Source: Candidatus Pacearchaeota archaeon (GTDB taxonomy: Archaea; Nanobdellota; Nanobdellia; Pacearchaeales; GW2011-AR1). Taken from it: DNA of 37,845 nt. The translations under genes were made by a program, and so were the position numbers. This document shows, piece by piece, positions 1 through 7,305 of this stretch (within the stretch, counting starts at the first letter, position 1; every line of letters starts with the position of its first letter). The notes beneath the pieces are model-generated. The model was given only the letters and a program-made list of their open reading frames with translations, had not been told where the DNA came from and did not search any database. The stretch covers positions 1 through 37,845 of the forward strand of contig JAFCEY010000003.1 of NCBI GenBank assembly GCA_017608945.1, read 5' to 3'.

Positions 1-1974
1 AATGACACTTTGAATAATCAGGAATCAACTGAAACAAGAAATGTCTCTCTTGTAAAGCCAACATTGACAATTATTTTGCCTGAAAATGAGACTTATATTT
101 CAAAGAAAAACCTTCCATTAAATTATATAGCAGATTACGAAGATTATGTCTGGTATAATATTGACCAGACAGGGGACAATGAAACAATAACTGGAAACAC
201 TACTTTTAATACAAGTTCTGGCTCGCAAACACTTTATCTTTATGCAAACAACAGTAACGGAGAGACATCTGATAATGTTACGTTTACCGTTAATCTCACT
301 AAATTCAGAGTAAAATATCAAAATTATAAGGGTTCAAATAAAGGAGGCTCAACAGATTTCAAACAATCTTCTTATGAGGATTTGCAAAATTTATCAGGCA
401 TTATCTTAGAAAACGCAGATAACGGAAAAATCCAATTTAATGAGGCAATTAATGTTACAGATGACCTAAATGTAAGTGATAATGGGGTTGATCTTGACAC
501 CAATATAAATATCTCATCAAACCGTATAGAGATAAATTCAACCGCCCTTCCAAACTTTAACAAATCCGCGACTTTGTGGCTTTATAATTTAACTTTTTCT
601 AACCCAAGAATTTTAAGGGATGATTCTGTTTGTCCTGACAGTATCTGCACAGAAATAAGTTATTCTAAAGGAGAAGGAACTTTTATATTCAATGTCACAC
701 AATTTACAGTTTATTCTGCCGAAGAAACTCCTGTTGAAGCTGTTGTTCCGAGGGGGATTCCTGCTGTAGGTGGAACACCAGAATGTACAAAAGATAGTGA
801 TTGTAAAGAAGGTGAGGTTTGTTGGAAATATAAATGTGTAAAACTTTTTGATATTAAAATTATTGATTTTAAATCGCCTGTAGAGCTCGGAACTTTTTTT
901 GAATTTATTTATTTTTTAAAAGGCATGGCTAATATCAATGCAGATGTTATAGTTAATTTTTGGATTGAAAAATCTGGGACAAGAGAGATTGTAACTTCTG
1001 GTTCTGATACGATTTATCTTGGCAGTTTTGAAGAGAAGACAGAAACAACAAAAATATTCCTGCCAAGCAGTATAGAATCTGGGATTTATGAGTTCTATAT
1101 TGAAGTTTCTCATGAGGCTTATAAAGCCAAGTCACACAGAACAATTGAAATAACAGTAAAAGAAGGAACCGCAGAAATTAAATTTTATGAATCTGAAAAA
1201 TTTAAAATTTATTTAATTATCATAGCATTCTTATCTACTTTAATTATATTTTTAATCATTAGAGATTTAATTAAGGAAAGACAGAAAAAGCCTAAGATTC
1301 AAGAATTTGTAAAGCCAAAAGAGATAAGGGAAATTCAAAAATTTCAAAAGCCAAAATATGTTTATTTTAAGAAAGAAAAGAAAAGGAAATTAAAAGAAAT
1401 AATCAAAAAAATTATGGAGATTTTATTATTAAACCTCTCAAACATATATCAAAATTTAAAAGAGAGAAAGAGGGAAATTTCACAAAAACAAAAACAGAAA
1501 GCATTAATTGAACAAGAACCAAAAGAAGTTTTGATAGAAAAAAAACTTTCACTTTATGATATATTAATTGGTATAAAAGTGGCTTTCTTGAAAATAATCT
1601 ACCAATTCAAATTAATAATAAATAGAACTAAAATCTTAGATATTCTAAAAAAATTAAAATATAAAATTTTTAGGCTTAAACATAGAGAGATAAAGGTTAG
1701 AAAAGCACTCAAGCTTAAACCAGAACAAAAAACTGTTGAAGAAATAATAGAAGAAGTCGGAAAAAAGTTAGAGAAAAAAGGAATTAAAACTGAGAACAAA
1801 TTCAAACAAAAATCAGCTCAAAAATTGATTGAAGAAATAAAAAGTAGAGAGGCTGGAGAATTAATTGGAAAACTAAAAAGAGAGGAACAAAATAAGCAAA
1901 AGACAAAAGAAGAATTATATAATATCCTTGATAAGATGGATAAAAAAGATAAATTAAAAGGTTTGAAAAAATAA
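1..1974 (+). CDS. Surface glycoprotein-like membrane protein, 5' partial: sequon-rich ectodomain, small Cys knot, one TM helix, long Lys/Glu-rich cytoplasmic tail
   Basis: Frame 1 is open from nt 1, with no stop before the listed TTG at 10, so the gene probably starts upstream of the window. I hand-count 16 N-x-S/T sequons in the first ~235 residues. CTKDSDCKEGEVCWKYKC module at nt 784-837. Hydrophobic helix IYLIIIAFLSTLIIFLII, followed by ~240 aa of K/E/I-rich low complexity. No enzyme motif recognised. Confidence 0.6.
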   Translation, partial: NDTLNNQESTETRNVSLVKPTLTIILPENETYISKKNLPLNYIADYEDYVWYNIDQTGDNETITGNTTFNTSSGSQTLYLYANNSNGETSDNVTFTVNLTKFRVKYQNYKGSNKGGSTDFKQSSYEDLQNLSGIILENADNGKIQFNEAINVTDDLNVSDNGVDLDTNINISSNRIEINSTALPNFNKSATLWLYNLTFSNPRILRDDSVCPDSICTEISYSKGEGTFIFNVTQFTVYSAEETPVEAVVPRGIPAVGGTPECTKDSDCKEGEVCWKYKCVKLFDIKIIDFKSPVELGTFFEFIYFLKGMANINADVIVNFWIEKSGTREIVTSGSDTIYLGSFEEKTETTKIFLPSSIESGIYEFYIEVSHEAYKAKSHRTIEITVKEGTAEIKFYESEKFKIYLIIIAFLSTLIIFLIIRDLIKERQKKPKIQEFVKPKEIREIQKFQKPKYVYFKKEKKRKLKEIIKKIMEILLLNLSNIYQNLKERKREISQKQKQKALIEQEPKEVLIEKKLSLYDILIGIKVAFLKIIYQFKLIINRTKILDILKKLKYKIFRLKHREIKVRKALKLKPEQKTVEEIIEEVGKKLEKKGIKTENKFKQKSAQKLIEEIKSREAGELIGKLKREEQNKQKTKEELYNILDKMDKKDKLKGLKK

Positions 1975-2015
1975 CTTGTATAGCAAAAGATAAAGTAAAA
2001 GAAAATGCAAAATAA

Positions 2016-2306
2016 TGTTATAGCAGTAACTTCATTTGGTATATACCTAAGGGCAGGCAGATAGTAGAGTTTGACATAAGATTCAACACAAGATTTTCTT
2101 GGGAGAATACAACAATTAATTCAAATTTAATGGACTTGCAAAACATAGCAACACATGAGCTTGGACATGGTGTTGGAATGGATGATATTTATTCAACAAC
2201 TTGTTCAGAAGTAACAATGTATGGCATCTCTTATTATGGAGAAACTCAAAAAAGAACATTAGAACAACCAGACATAACAGGATTACAAAAAATGTATAGA
2301 GTTTAA
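2016..2306 (+). pseudogene. C-terminal relic of a metzincin-type zinc metalloprotease (matrixin/snapalysin-like), N-terminal half missing
   Basis: Hand translation of frame 3 from the stop at 2013-2015 to TAA at 2304-2306 gives ...IVEFDIRFNTRFSWENTTINSNLMDLQNIATHELGHGVGMDDIYSTTCSEVTMYGISYYGETQKRTLEQPDITGLQKMYRV. It contains HELGHGVGMDD (HExxHxxGxxD), a downstream Met-turn-like TMYG and a matrixin-like tail ITGLQKMY. The only ATG (2130) lies just before the zinc site, so no full catalytic domain can be made. Confidence 0.6.
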
Positions 2307-2354
2307 ATTTTATTACATTTTATTTTTCTTTTTATCTTTTTATTTTTAGTAATC

Positions 2355-2362
2355 TTTAAATA
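2355..2362 (+). promoter_or_regulatory. Candidate TATA box (tttaaata) for the 2384 gene
   Basis: A/T box centred ~26 nt upstream of the ATG at 2384. The same phasing recurs at most first genes in this window, consistent with leaderless archaeal transcripts. Confidence 0.35.
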
Positions 2363-2383
2363 ATTTTAAGGACTAAGATTAAC

Positions 2384-2902
2384 ATGGAACTTTCAGATAT
2401 CACTCCTAATATTACAGAAAGAGAAATTGAAATAGCAATGCATCAATTTCTTTGTTTAAAAAGAATGGAGAAATGTTATAATGAACTTGAAAATTTAATT
2501 TCTTTAAATTTAGCAGACAATGAATATAAAAAAATAAAATTAAAAAAATGGACAAATTCTTTTTATAAGGCAAAAGAAACATATCTGGCTTTTTCCAAAA
2601 AACCAAAAATCAGAAAAGAAGAAATAATAAAAGAACTTAAAGAACTGCAACAGAAGATTAAAACTAAAAAACTTTCTGATAAAGGATATGAAAAACAAAT
2701 GTCAAAGATAATGGAAAAAGAAAAACTTACAGAAAGAACAGGTTATTTGATTCATGCAAAATTTGTGCTTCTTCATCCTGAAAATGAAGATTACCGTGAA
2801 ATGTTTTATAAAAAAACATTGGATGAACTTATAGACATAAAGGAAAAATGGGATGAGAAATACAATGATTTCTGTAAAAAAATTGAAGATTATGTGCAAT
2901 AA
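2384..2902 (+). CDS. Hypothetical K/E-rich protein (172 aa)
   Basis: Clean ATG ORF with a phased TATA-like box upstream. No motif recognised. Confidence 0.5.
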   Translation: MELSDITPNITEREIEIAMHQFLCLKRMEKCYNELENLISLNLADNEYKKIKLKKWTNSFYKAKETYLAFSKKPKIRKEEIIKELKELQQKIKTKKLSDKGYEKQMSKIMEKEKLTERTGYLIHAKFVLLHPENEDYREMFYKKTLDELIDIKEKWDEKYNDFCKKIEDYVQ

Positions 2903-2950
2903 AAATAAAACAAACCAAACTCTTAAAAACTATTTCTTCAATCTAATTTC

Positions 2951-4141
2951 ATGAAAGAACTTCCAGAATTAAACGTTGGAGTTGTAGGACATATAGACCA
3001 TGGAAAAACTACATTACTAAACCAACTTACTGGTAAGTTTACTGACACTCACTCAGAAGAATTAAAGAGGGGTATAACAATAAAACTTGGTTATGCAGAC
3101 ACAATTATTTACAAAGACAAAGATGGCTACAATAGTAAAGGCAAAGGAACTCCAATAAGATATATTAGTTTTATAGATGTTCCAGGACATGAAATGTTAA
3201 TGGCAACAATGCTTTCAGGAGCTGCGATAATTGATGCGGCTGTTCTTGTTATAGCTGCAAATGAAGGAATTATGCCTCAGACGAGAGAACATTTCATGGC
3301 TTTACAAGCTAAGAAAATTAAAAACATAATTATAATACAAAATAAAATTGATTTGGTTGACAAGAAACAAGCATTAAAAAGTTATGAAAGTATAAAGCAA
3401 TTTGTAAAGGGAACTATAGCTGAAAATGCTCCAATAATCCCTGTTTCTGCCCAACAAGGAATTAACATTGACAAGGTATTTGAAGAACTTTGTAAAATTG
3501 AAATTCCAAAAAAAGAAACTGAGAATGTGAAACCTATTTTTTTAATAGCAAGAAGTTTTGATATTAATAAGCCGGGAACAAAAATACAAGAATTAAGAGG
3601 TGGTGTTTTAGGAGGAATCTTAAAAAAAGGTAAGCTTAAAGTTGGAGATGAAATAGAAATTAAGCCAGGAATAACAATTAAAAAAGCTCATCAGCAATTT
3701 TATGAAACTTTAACAACAAAAATTTTATCTTTATATAAAGGAAATAAATCAGTTGAAGAAGTAACTCCAGGAGCAAGCATTTCTATTGAAACAGGCTTAG
3801 ATAGCTTTTTAACAAAAACTGATTCTTTGTCTGGGTGTGTTGCATCTTTAAAAGGAAATCTTCCTGAAATAAGTAACATAGTAAAGATAAAATATAATTT
3901 ATTTAAGGAAGTTATAGGAACATTGAAACACGAGGAAGTTGTTCCTTTAAAGTCAAAAGAAACTCTAATGCTCTCTGTAAATACAACAATTACAGTAGGG
4001 ACAATTGAGAAAATAAAAGACAACTTTATAGAATTAATATTAAATATTCCGATAGTGGCATTAGAAGGAGATAATGTAGGAATTGCAAGAAATATCCAAG
4101 GACATTGGAGGCTTATAGGTTGGGGTGAAATCATGCAATAG
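2951..4141 (+). CDS. eif2g: Translation initiation factor aIF2 gamma subunit
   Basis: GTPase motifs VVGHIDHGKTTL (G1), DVPGHE (G3), NKIDL (G4) and SAQ (G5), followed by two beta-barrel domains. Length (396 aa) and order match aIF2-gamma rather than aEF1-alpha. Confidence 0.9.
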   Translation: MKELPELNVGVVGHIDHGKTTLLNQLTGKFTDTHSEELKRGITIKLGYADTIIYKDKDGYNSKGKGTPIRYISFIDVPGHEMLMATMLSGAAIIDAAVLVIAANEGIMPQTREHFMALQAKKIKNIIIIQNKIDLVDKKQALKSYESIKQFVKGTIAENAPIIPVSAQQGINIDKVFEELCKIEIPKKETENVKPIFLIARSFDINKPGTKIQELRGGVLGGILKKGKLKVGDEIEIKPGITIKKAHQQFYETLTTKILSLYKGNKSVEEVTPGASISIETGLDSFLTKTDSLSGCVASLKGNLPEISNIVKIKYNLFKEVIGTLKHEEVVPLKSKETLMLSVNTTITVGTIEKIKDNFIELILNIPIVALEGDNVGIARNIQGHWRLIGWGEIMQ

Positions 4142-4430
4142 AGAGAAATTTAATAATCGGTGACTATTGCATAATTGAGTAGAGATAATTTAGGATAAAT
4201 TTTGTTTAAGTAAAATATTGTGTCATAGTGAAAGCATAAGAAAAATAGTTAATGTAAAAATTGCTCATAAAGTTCGCAAAGATAACTTAAAAATTAATGA
4301 ATATTATTAACAAATTATTAATCCGAGCGAACGAAGAGAGCGAGCAATTATTATTAAAATTCTTTTTTATTATCTACTATCCTAAAAGATTATAAGATAA
4401 TATATAAAAATATAAAAAATAAAAATTTAT

Positions 4431-5378
4431 CTATTCAAATGCTTTTTGTTCAAATTCTTCCAGCCCTGCTCTCGCTTTTGCTACTGCGCTAATTCGTTGC
4501 TTTGCCTCTATTCTTTCCCTAATTCTTTCTTCTGTATTAACTGCAATAATTCTTTCATTTTCTTCAAGTTTTGAAAGATCTTTTCCTTTAATTGCTCTTG
4601 CAAATTCTCCTAATCCTTCATTTTCAAGTATTCTCTGTTGTATTTCTTCTTTTATTTTTGCTTCTCTTCTTTTTCTAAGAGCAAATATATTCCAAGCAGC
4701 AGGTCTTTCAATTCTTGGTTTTACTATCTTAGTTTTTGAAACTGCTGTGATATCCCATGTTCCTAAATACTTTCCTGAGTTTAAAGTTAAATCACCATAC
4801 CACAATGTTATTTTTCTGTATTTCTTTGGTTTTATCTCCATGTTTCCAACGATATTTCCAGTATTGTCTTTTAAATTAAACTTCACACTTTCCTCGATAA
4901 ATTCTGCCATCTCAATTCTAAATTTTTCTTTTTCTTCTGCAATACCAATAACAACAAAGCCAAAATCCTTTTTTTCTATTTCTCGATTTTCAATGTCTTC
5001 TAAATTCGCTGTTCTTTCTATAAATTTTTTTACAATCCAAACTCCTCTAAAAAATTGTGCATCAGAATCATCATCTTTTACAACAAAACCCTCTCCTATT
5101 GTGACTCTTGTGATTCCAAACATTGCTCTTTTTTCTATTTCTTCAATTCCCTCTTCTTCTTCAATTTCCTTTATATCTTCTTCAGTTTCTGGTAATTCTT
5201 CCCCTATTTCTTCTTCTTCAAAAACTTCTACTTCATCTGAACTTAGTACATCGGTACTTTCAGTAACTTCTTCACTAACAATTTCTACTTCATTTTCTTG
5301 AGCAAAGACACTTGTCGCAAAGAAACTGATAACTAAAAGTAGAGACAAAATAACACTTAGCTTTATATTAAATTTCAT
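4431..5378 (-). CDS. Secreted acidic protein of unknown function
   Basis: N-terminal signal peptide MKFNIKLSVILSLLLVISFFATSVFA-QE, a Glu-rich low-complexity stretch, a beta-rich middle region and a charged helical C-terminus. GGAGG (reverse complement of 5384-5388) lies 5 nt upstream of the ATG (it forms GGAGGT with nt 5383, 4 nt upstream). Confidence 0.6.
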   Translation of the reverse strand: MKFNIKLSVILSLLLVISFFATSVFAQENEVEIVSEEVTESTDVLSSDEVEVFEEEEIGEELPETEEDIKEIEEEEGIEEIEKRAMFGITRVTIGEGFVVKDDDSDAQFFRGVWIVKKFIERTANLEDIENREIEKKDFGFVVIGIAEEKEKFRIEMAEFIEESVKFNLKDNTGNIVGNMEIKPKKYRKITLWYGDLTLNSGKYLGTWDITAVSKTKIVKPRIERPAAWNIFALRKRREAKIKEEIQQRILENEGLGEFARAIKGKDLSKLEENERIIAVNTEERIRERIEAKQRISAVAKARAGLEEFEQKAFE

Positions 5379-5434
5379 TTTACCTCCTTTTTATTTTAAT
5401 AGAGATAATGAAATTTTTAAATATTTTGAAAAGG

Positions 5435-5442
5435 TTTATAAA
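5435..5442 (+). promoter_or_regulatory. Candidate TATA box (tttataaa) for the 5465 gene
   Basis: Centred ~26 nt upstream of the ATG at 5465. It lies inside the 5' extension proposed by the ORF track (5408), which argues for the 5465 start. Confidence 0.4.
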
Positions 5443-5464
5443 TCTCTTTTTTCTTTTTTTGCTT

Positions 5465-6373
5465 ATGAAAAAAATAATTTCAGCAGTAATCTCAATAGTT
5501 TTTTTAATATTATTAATTAACTTTGCATGTACAATAGAAGATGCGAATGTTAATACTGGAAATAATTACAATACAAAAATACAATCACAAATTAAAGAGA
5601 GTGAAAATGATAGCAAATTAGGAACTGAGGAATTTTGTGGAACTTCTACATATGGTGCTTGTGAGACAGATGCAGATTGTTTAAGAGCCGGATGTTCAGA
5701 TTCTGTGTGTCAAAGTGTTGGAGAGGAAAGTGTAATAACAACATGTGAATTTAAAGAATGTTATAATGCTGAAAAATATAATGCAAGATGTGTTTGTTTA
5801 GAAAATAAATGTCAGTGGTTAGTAAAAAAGGAGTTAAAAGGTGAATTAACACAGGCACAGATAGGAGAAATAATAAGAGAAAGAAATAGATTAAAGGTTC
5901 GTACTCAAATACAAGCAGGAGAATGTCCTGAGAACTGTACATGTACTGGAAGTGTAATAAAATGTGAAATAGAGGGAGGAAGAGAAATGAGGGTAATGGC
6001 AGGAGAATCAGGAAATGTAGTTGTAATAAGTAAGGATGTTAATGCTTCAACAAATGTAACTCTTTATCATCACAATGGAAAAATTTATGGTAATTTTAGG
6101 AATAATGAAACAAAAGAAATAATTCTTCCTGACGAGGCACAATCAAGATTACAAGAACAATTGAGGACTCGTGCCGAAGTAAGAAACATGACTTTAGATG
6201 ATGAAGGAATTTATAGAATTAAAGCATACAAGAGAGCTAGACTTTTCTGGATGATTTCTGTGCAAAAGAGAGTAGAAGCTAATGTTGATGCTGAAACAGG
6301 AGAAATAATAAGAACGAGAGTTCCTTGGTGGTCTTTTTTAGCAAAAGATGTAATGAGTGAGAATTTTGAATAA
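5465..6373 (+). CDS. Secreted or membrane-anchored Cys-rich protein with a PepSY-like C-terminal region
   Basis: MKKIISAVISIVFLILLINFACT signal/anchor. A 10-Cys block follows (FCGTSTYGACETDADCLRAGCSDSVCQS...CEFKECYN...RCVCLENKCQW), then a 4-Cys block ECPENCTCTGSVIKCE. The C-terminus ...YRIKAYKRARLFWMISVQKRVEANVDAETGEIIRTRVPWWSFLA resembles PepSY-type repeats from memory, not searched. The start was moved from 5408 to the ATG at 5465. Confidence 0.6.
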   Translation: MKKIISAVISIVFLILLINFACTIEDANVNTGNNYNTKIQSQIKESENDSKLGTEEFCGTSTYGACETDADCLRAGCSDSVCQSVGEESVITTCEFKECYNAEKYNARCVCLENKCQWLVKKELKGELTQAQIGEIIRERNRLKVRTQIQAGECPENCTCTGSVIKCEIEGGREMRVMAGESGNVVVISKDVNASTNVTLYHHNGKIYGNFRNNETKEIILPDEAQSRLQEQLRTRAEVRNMTLDDEGIYRIKAYKRARLFWMISVQKRVEANVDAETGEIIRTRVPWWSFLAKDVMSENFE

Positions 6374-6440
6374 ATTATTTTGCTTTGTTTAAAAACTCTA
6401 GTTTTATTGGCTTATTAAACAAGATAGCTGCTTTAATAAA

Positions 6441-6448
6441 ATTTATAA
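6441..6448 (+). promoter_or_regulatory. Candidate TATA box (atttataa) for the 6471 gene
   Basis: Centred ~26 nt upstream of the ATG at 6471. Confidence 0.35.
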
Positions 6449-6470
6449 CTATTTATTTTTTTAAAGATTT

Positions 6471-7235
6471 ATGGAAATCTATTCTTATTCAAAACTTTCA
6501 ACTTTTGAGCAATGTCCTTTAAAATATAAATTTCGGTACATTGATAAGATAATCATTCCAGAAAAAACAATTGAATCTCTTTTAGGGAAGATTATACATA
6601 AAGCTTTAGAATGGCTTTATTTAGAAGTTAAAAATGGAGTAATTCCAAGTCTTGATGATGTTCTTCTTTTCTATACAAAGAAATGGCAAGAAGAAGACTT
6701 TTCTAATGGAATTATTATGAATGGAAATTTAACCTTAAGCGATTATTATAATAGAGGGATTCAACTTCTAACTAATTATTACTTCAAACATAAGCCTTTT
6801 GATGATAATACTTTAGATGTAGAAAAAGAAATAATTGTAAGTTTGGATGAGTTTAAAAATTATTTAATAAGAGGCTTCATCGATCGTTTAGCTTACAATC
6901 TTAAGACATGTGAATATGAGATTCATGATTATAAGACTTCTAATTTTCTTCCAAGCAGAGAAAAAATAAGTAATGATAAACAACTTGCATTATATTCTTT
7001 TGCAATTAAAAAAATGTTTGGAGAAAATAAAGGGGTTTTATTGGTATGGCATTATCTTGCTCATAATTTGAAGATTTCTTTAAAAAAAACAAATGATGAA
7101 ATTTATAAATTGAAAGAAGAGACAATTGATTTGATAAAAAAGATAAAATCTACAAAAAACTTTTCCCCGTGTGTTTCAAGATTTTGTAATTGGTGTGAGT
7201 ACAAAAAAATATGTCCTGCTTTTGGCGGAAACTGA
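6471..7235 (+). CDS. PD-(D/E)XK nuclease, Cas4/RecB-exonuclease-like, with a 4-Cys cluster
   Basis: N-terminal Cys (EQCPLKYKFRY). Core GFIDRLAY...EIHDYKTS fits the D...(D/E)xK pattern. QLALYSF fits the QxxxY motif. C-terminal CNWCEYKKIC supplies three more Cys, the arrangement of the Fe-S cluster in Cas4/AddB-type nuclease domains. Confidence 0.75.
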   Translation: MEIYSYSKLSTFEQCPLKYKFRYIDKIIIPEKTIESLLGKIIHKALEWLYLEVKNGVIPSLDDVLLFYTKKWQEEDFSNGIIMNGNLTLSDYYNRGIQLLTNYYFKHKPFDDNTLDVEKEIIVSLDEFKNYLIRGFIDRLAYNLKTCEYEIHDYKTSNFLPSREKISNDKQLALYSFAIKKMFGENKGVLLVWHYLAHNLKISLKKTNDEIYKLKEETIDLIKKIKSTKNFSPCVSRFCNWCEYKKICPAFGGN

Positions 7236-7305
7236 AAAACAAGACAAGCAAGAAATTTTAGATATTTGGGATTGATTATTGTGAATTTTATAATCGACTT
7301 ATAAT

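Noticed and set aside
1200-1974. The Lys-rich C-terminal third of the first ORF treated as a separate gene or non-coding low-complexity DNA
   Set aside because: No stop codon separates it from the TM helix, and the frame is continuous. It is kept as part of the same CDS, with the caveat recorded in the findings.
3700-4134. Long antisense or alternative-frame ORFs inside recognised genes. These include 3700-4134, 4747-5301, 8198-8446, 11270-11530, 11903-12262, 23618-23833, 28272-29451 (group), 32141-32665 and 33725-33937.
   Set aside because: Each lies wholly within a gene with strong family motifs on the other strand or frame, and their products are low-complexity. Such shadow ORFs are expected in AT-rich DNA with few stop codons in the antisense frames.
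4297-4398. 33-codon ATG ORF spanning the GC-rich motif in the 4142-4430 spacer
   Set aside because: It is short, has no motif and no phased promoter. The motif's second copy is read in a different frame, which argues against protein coding.
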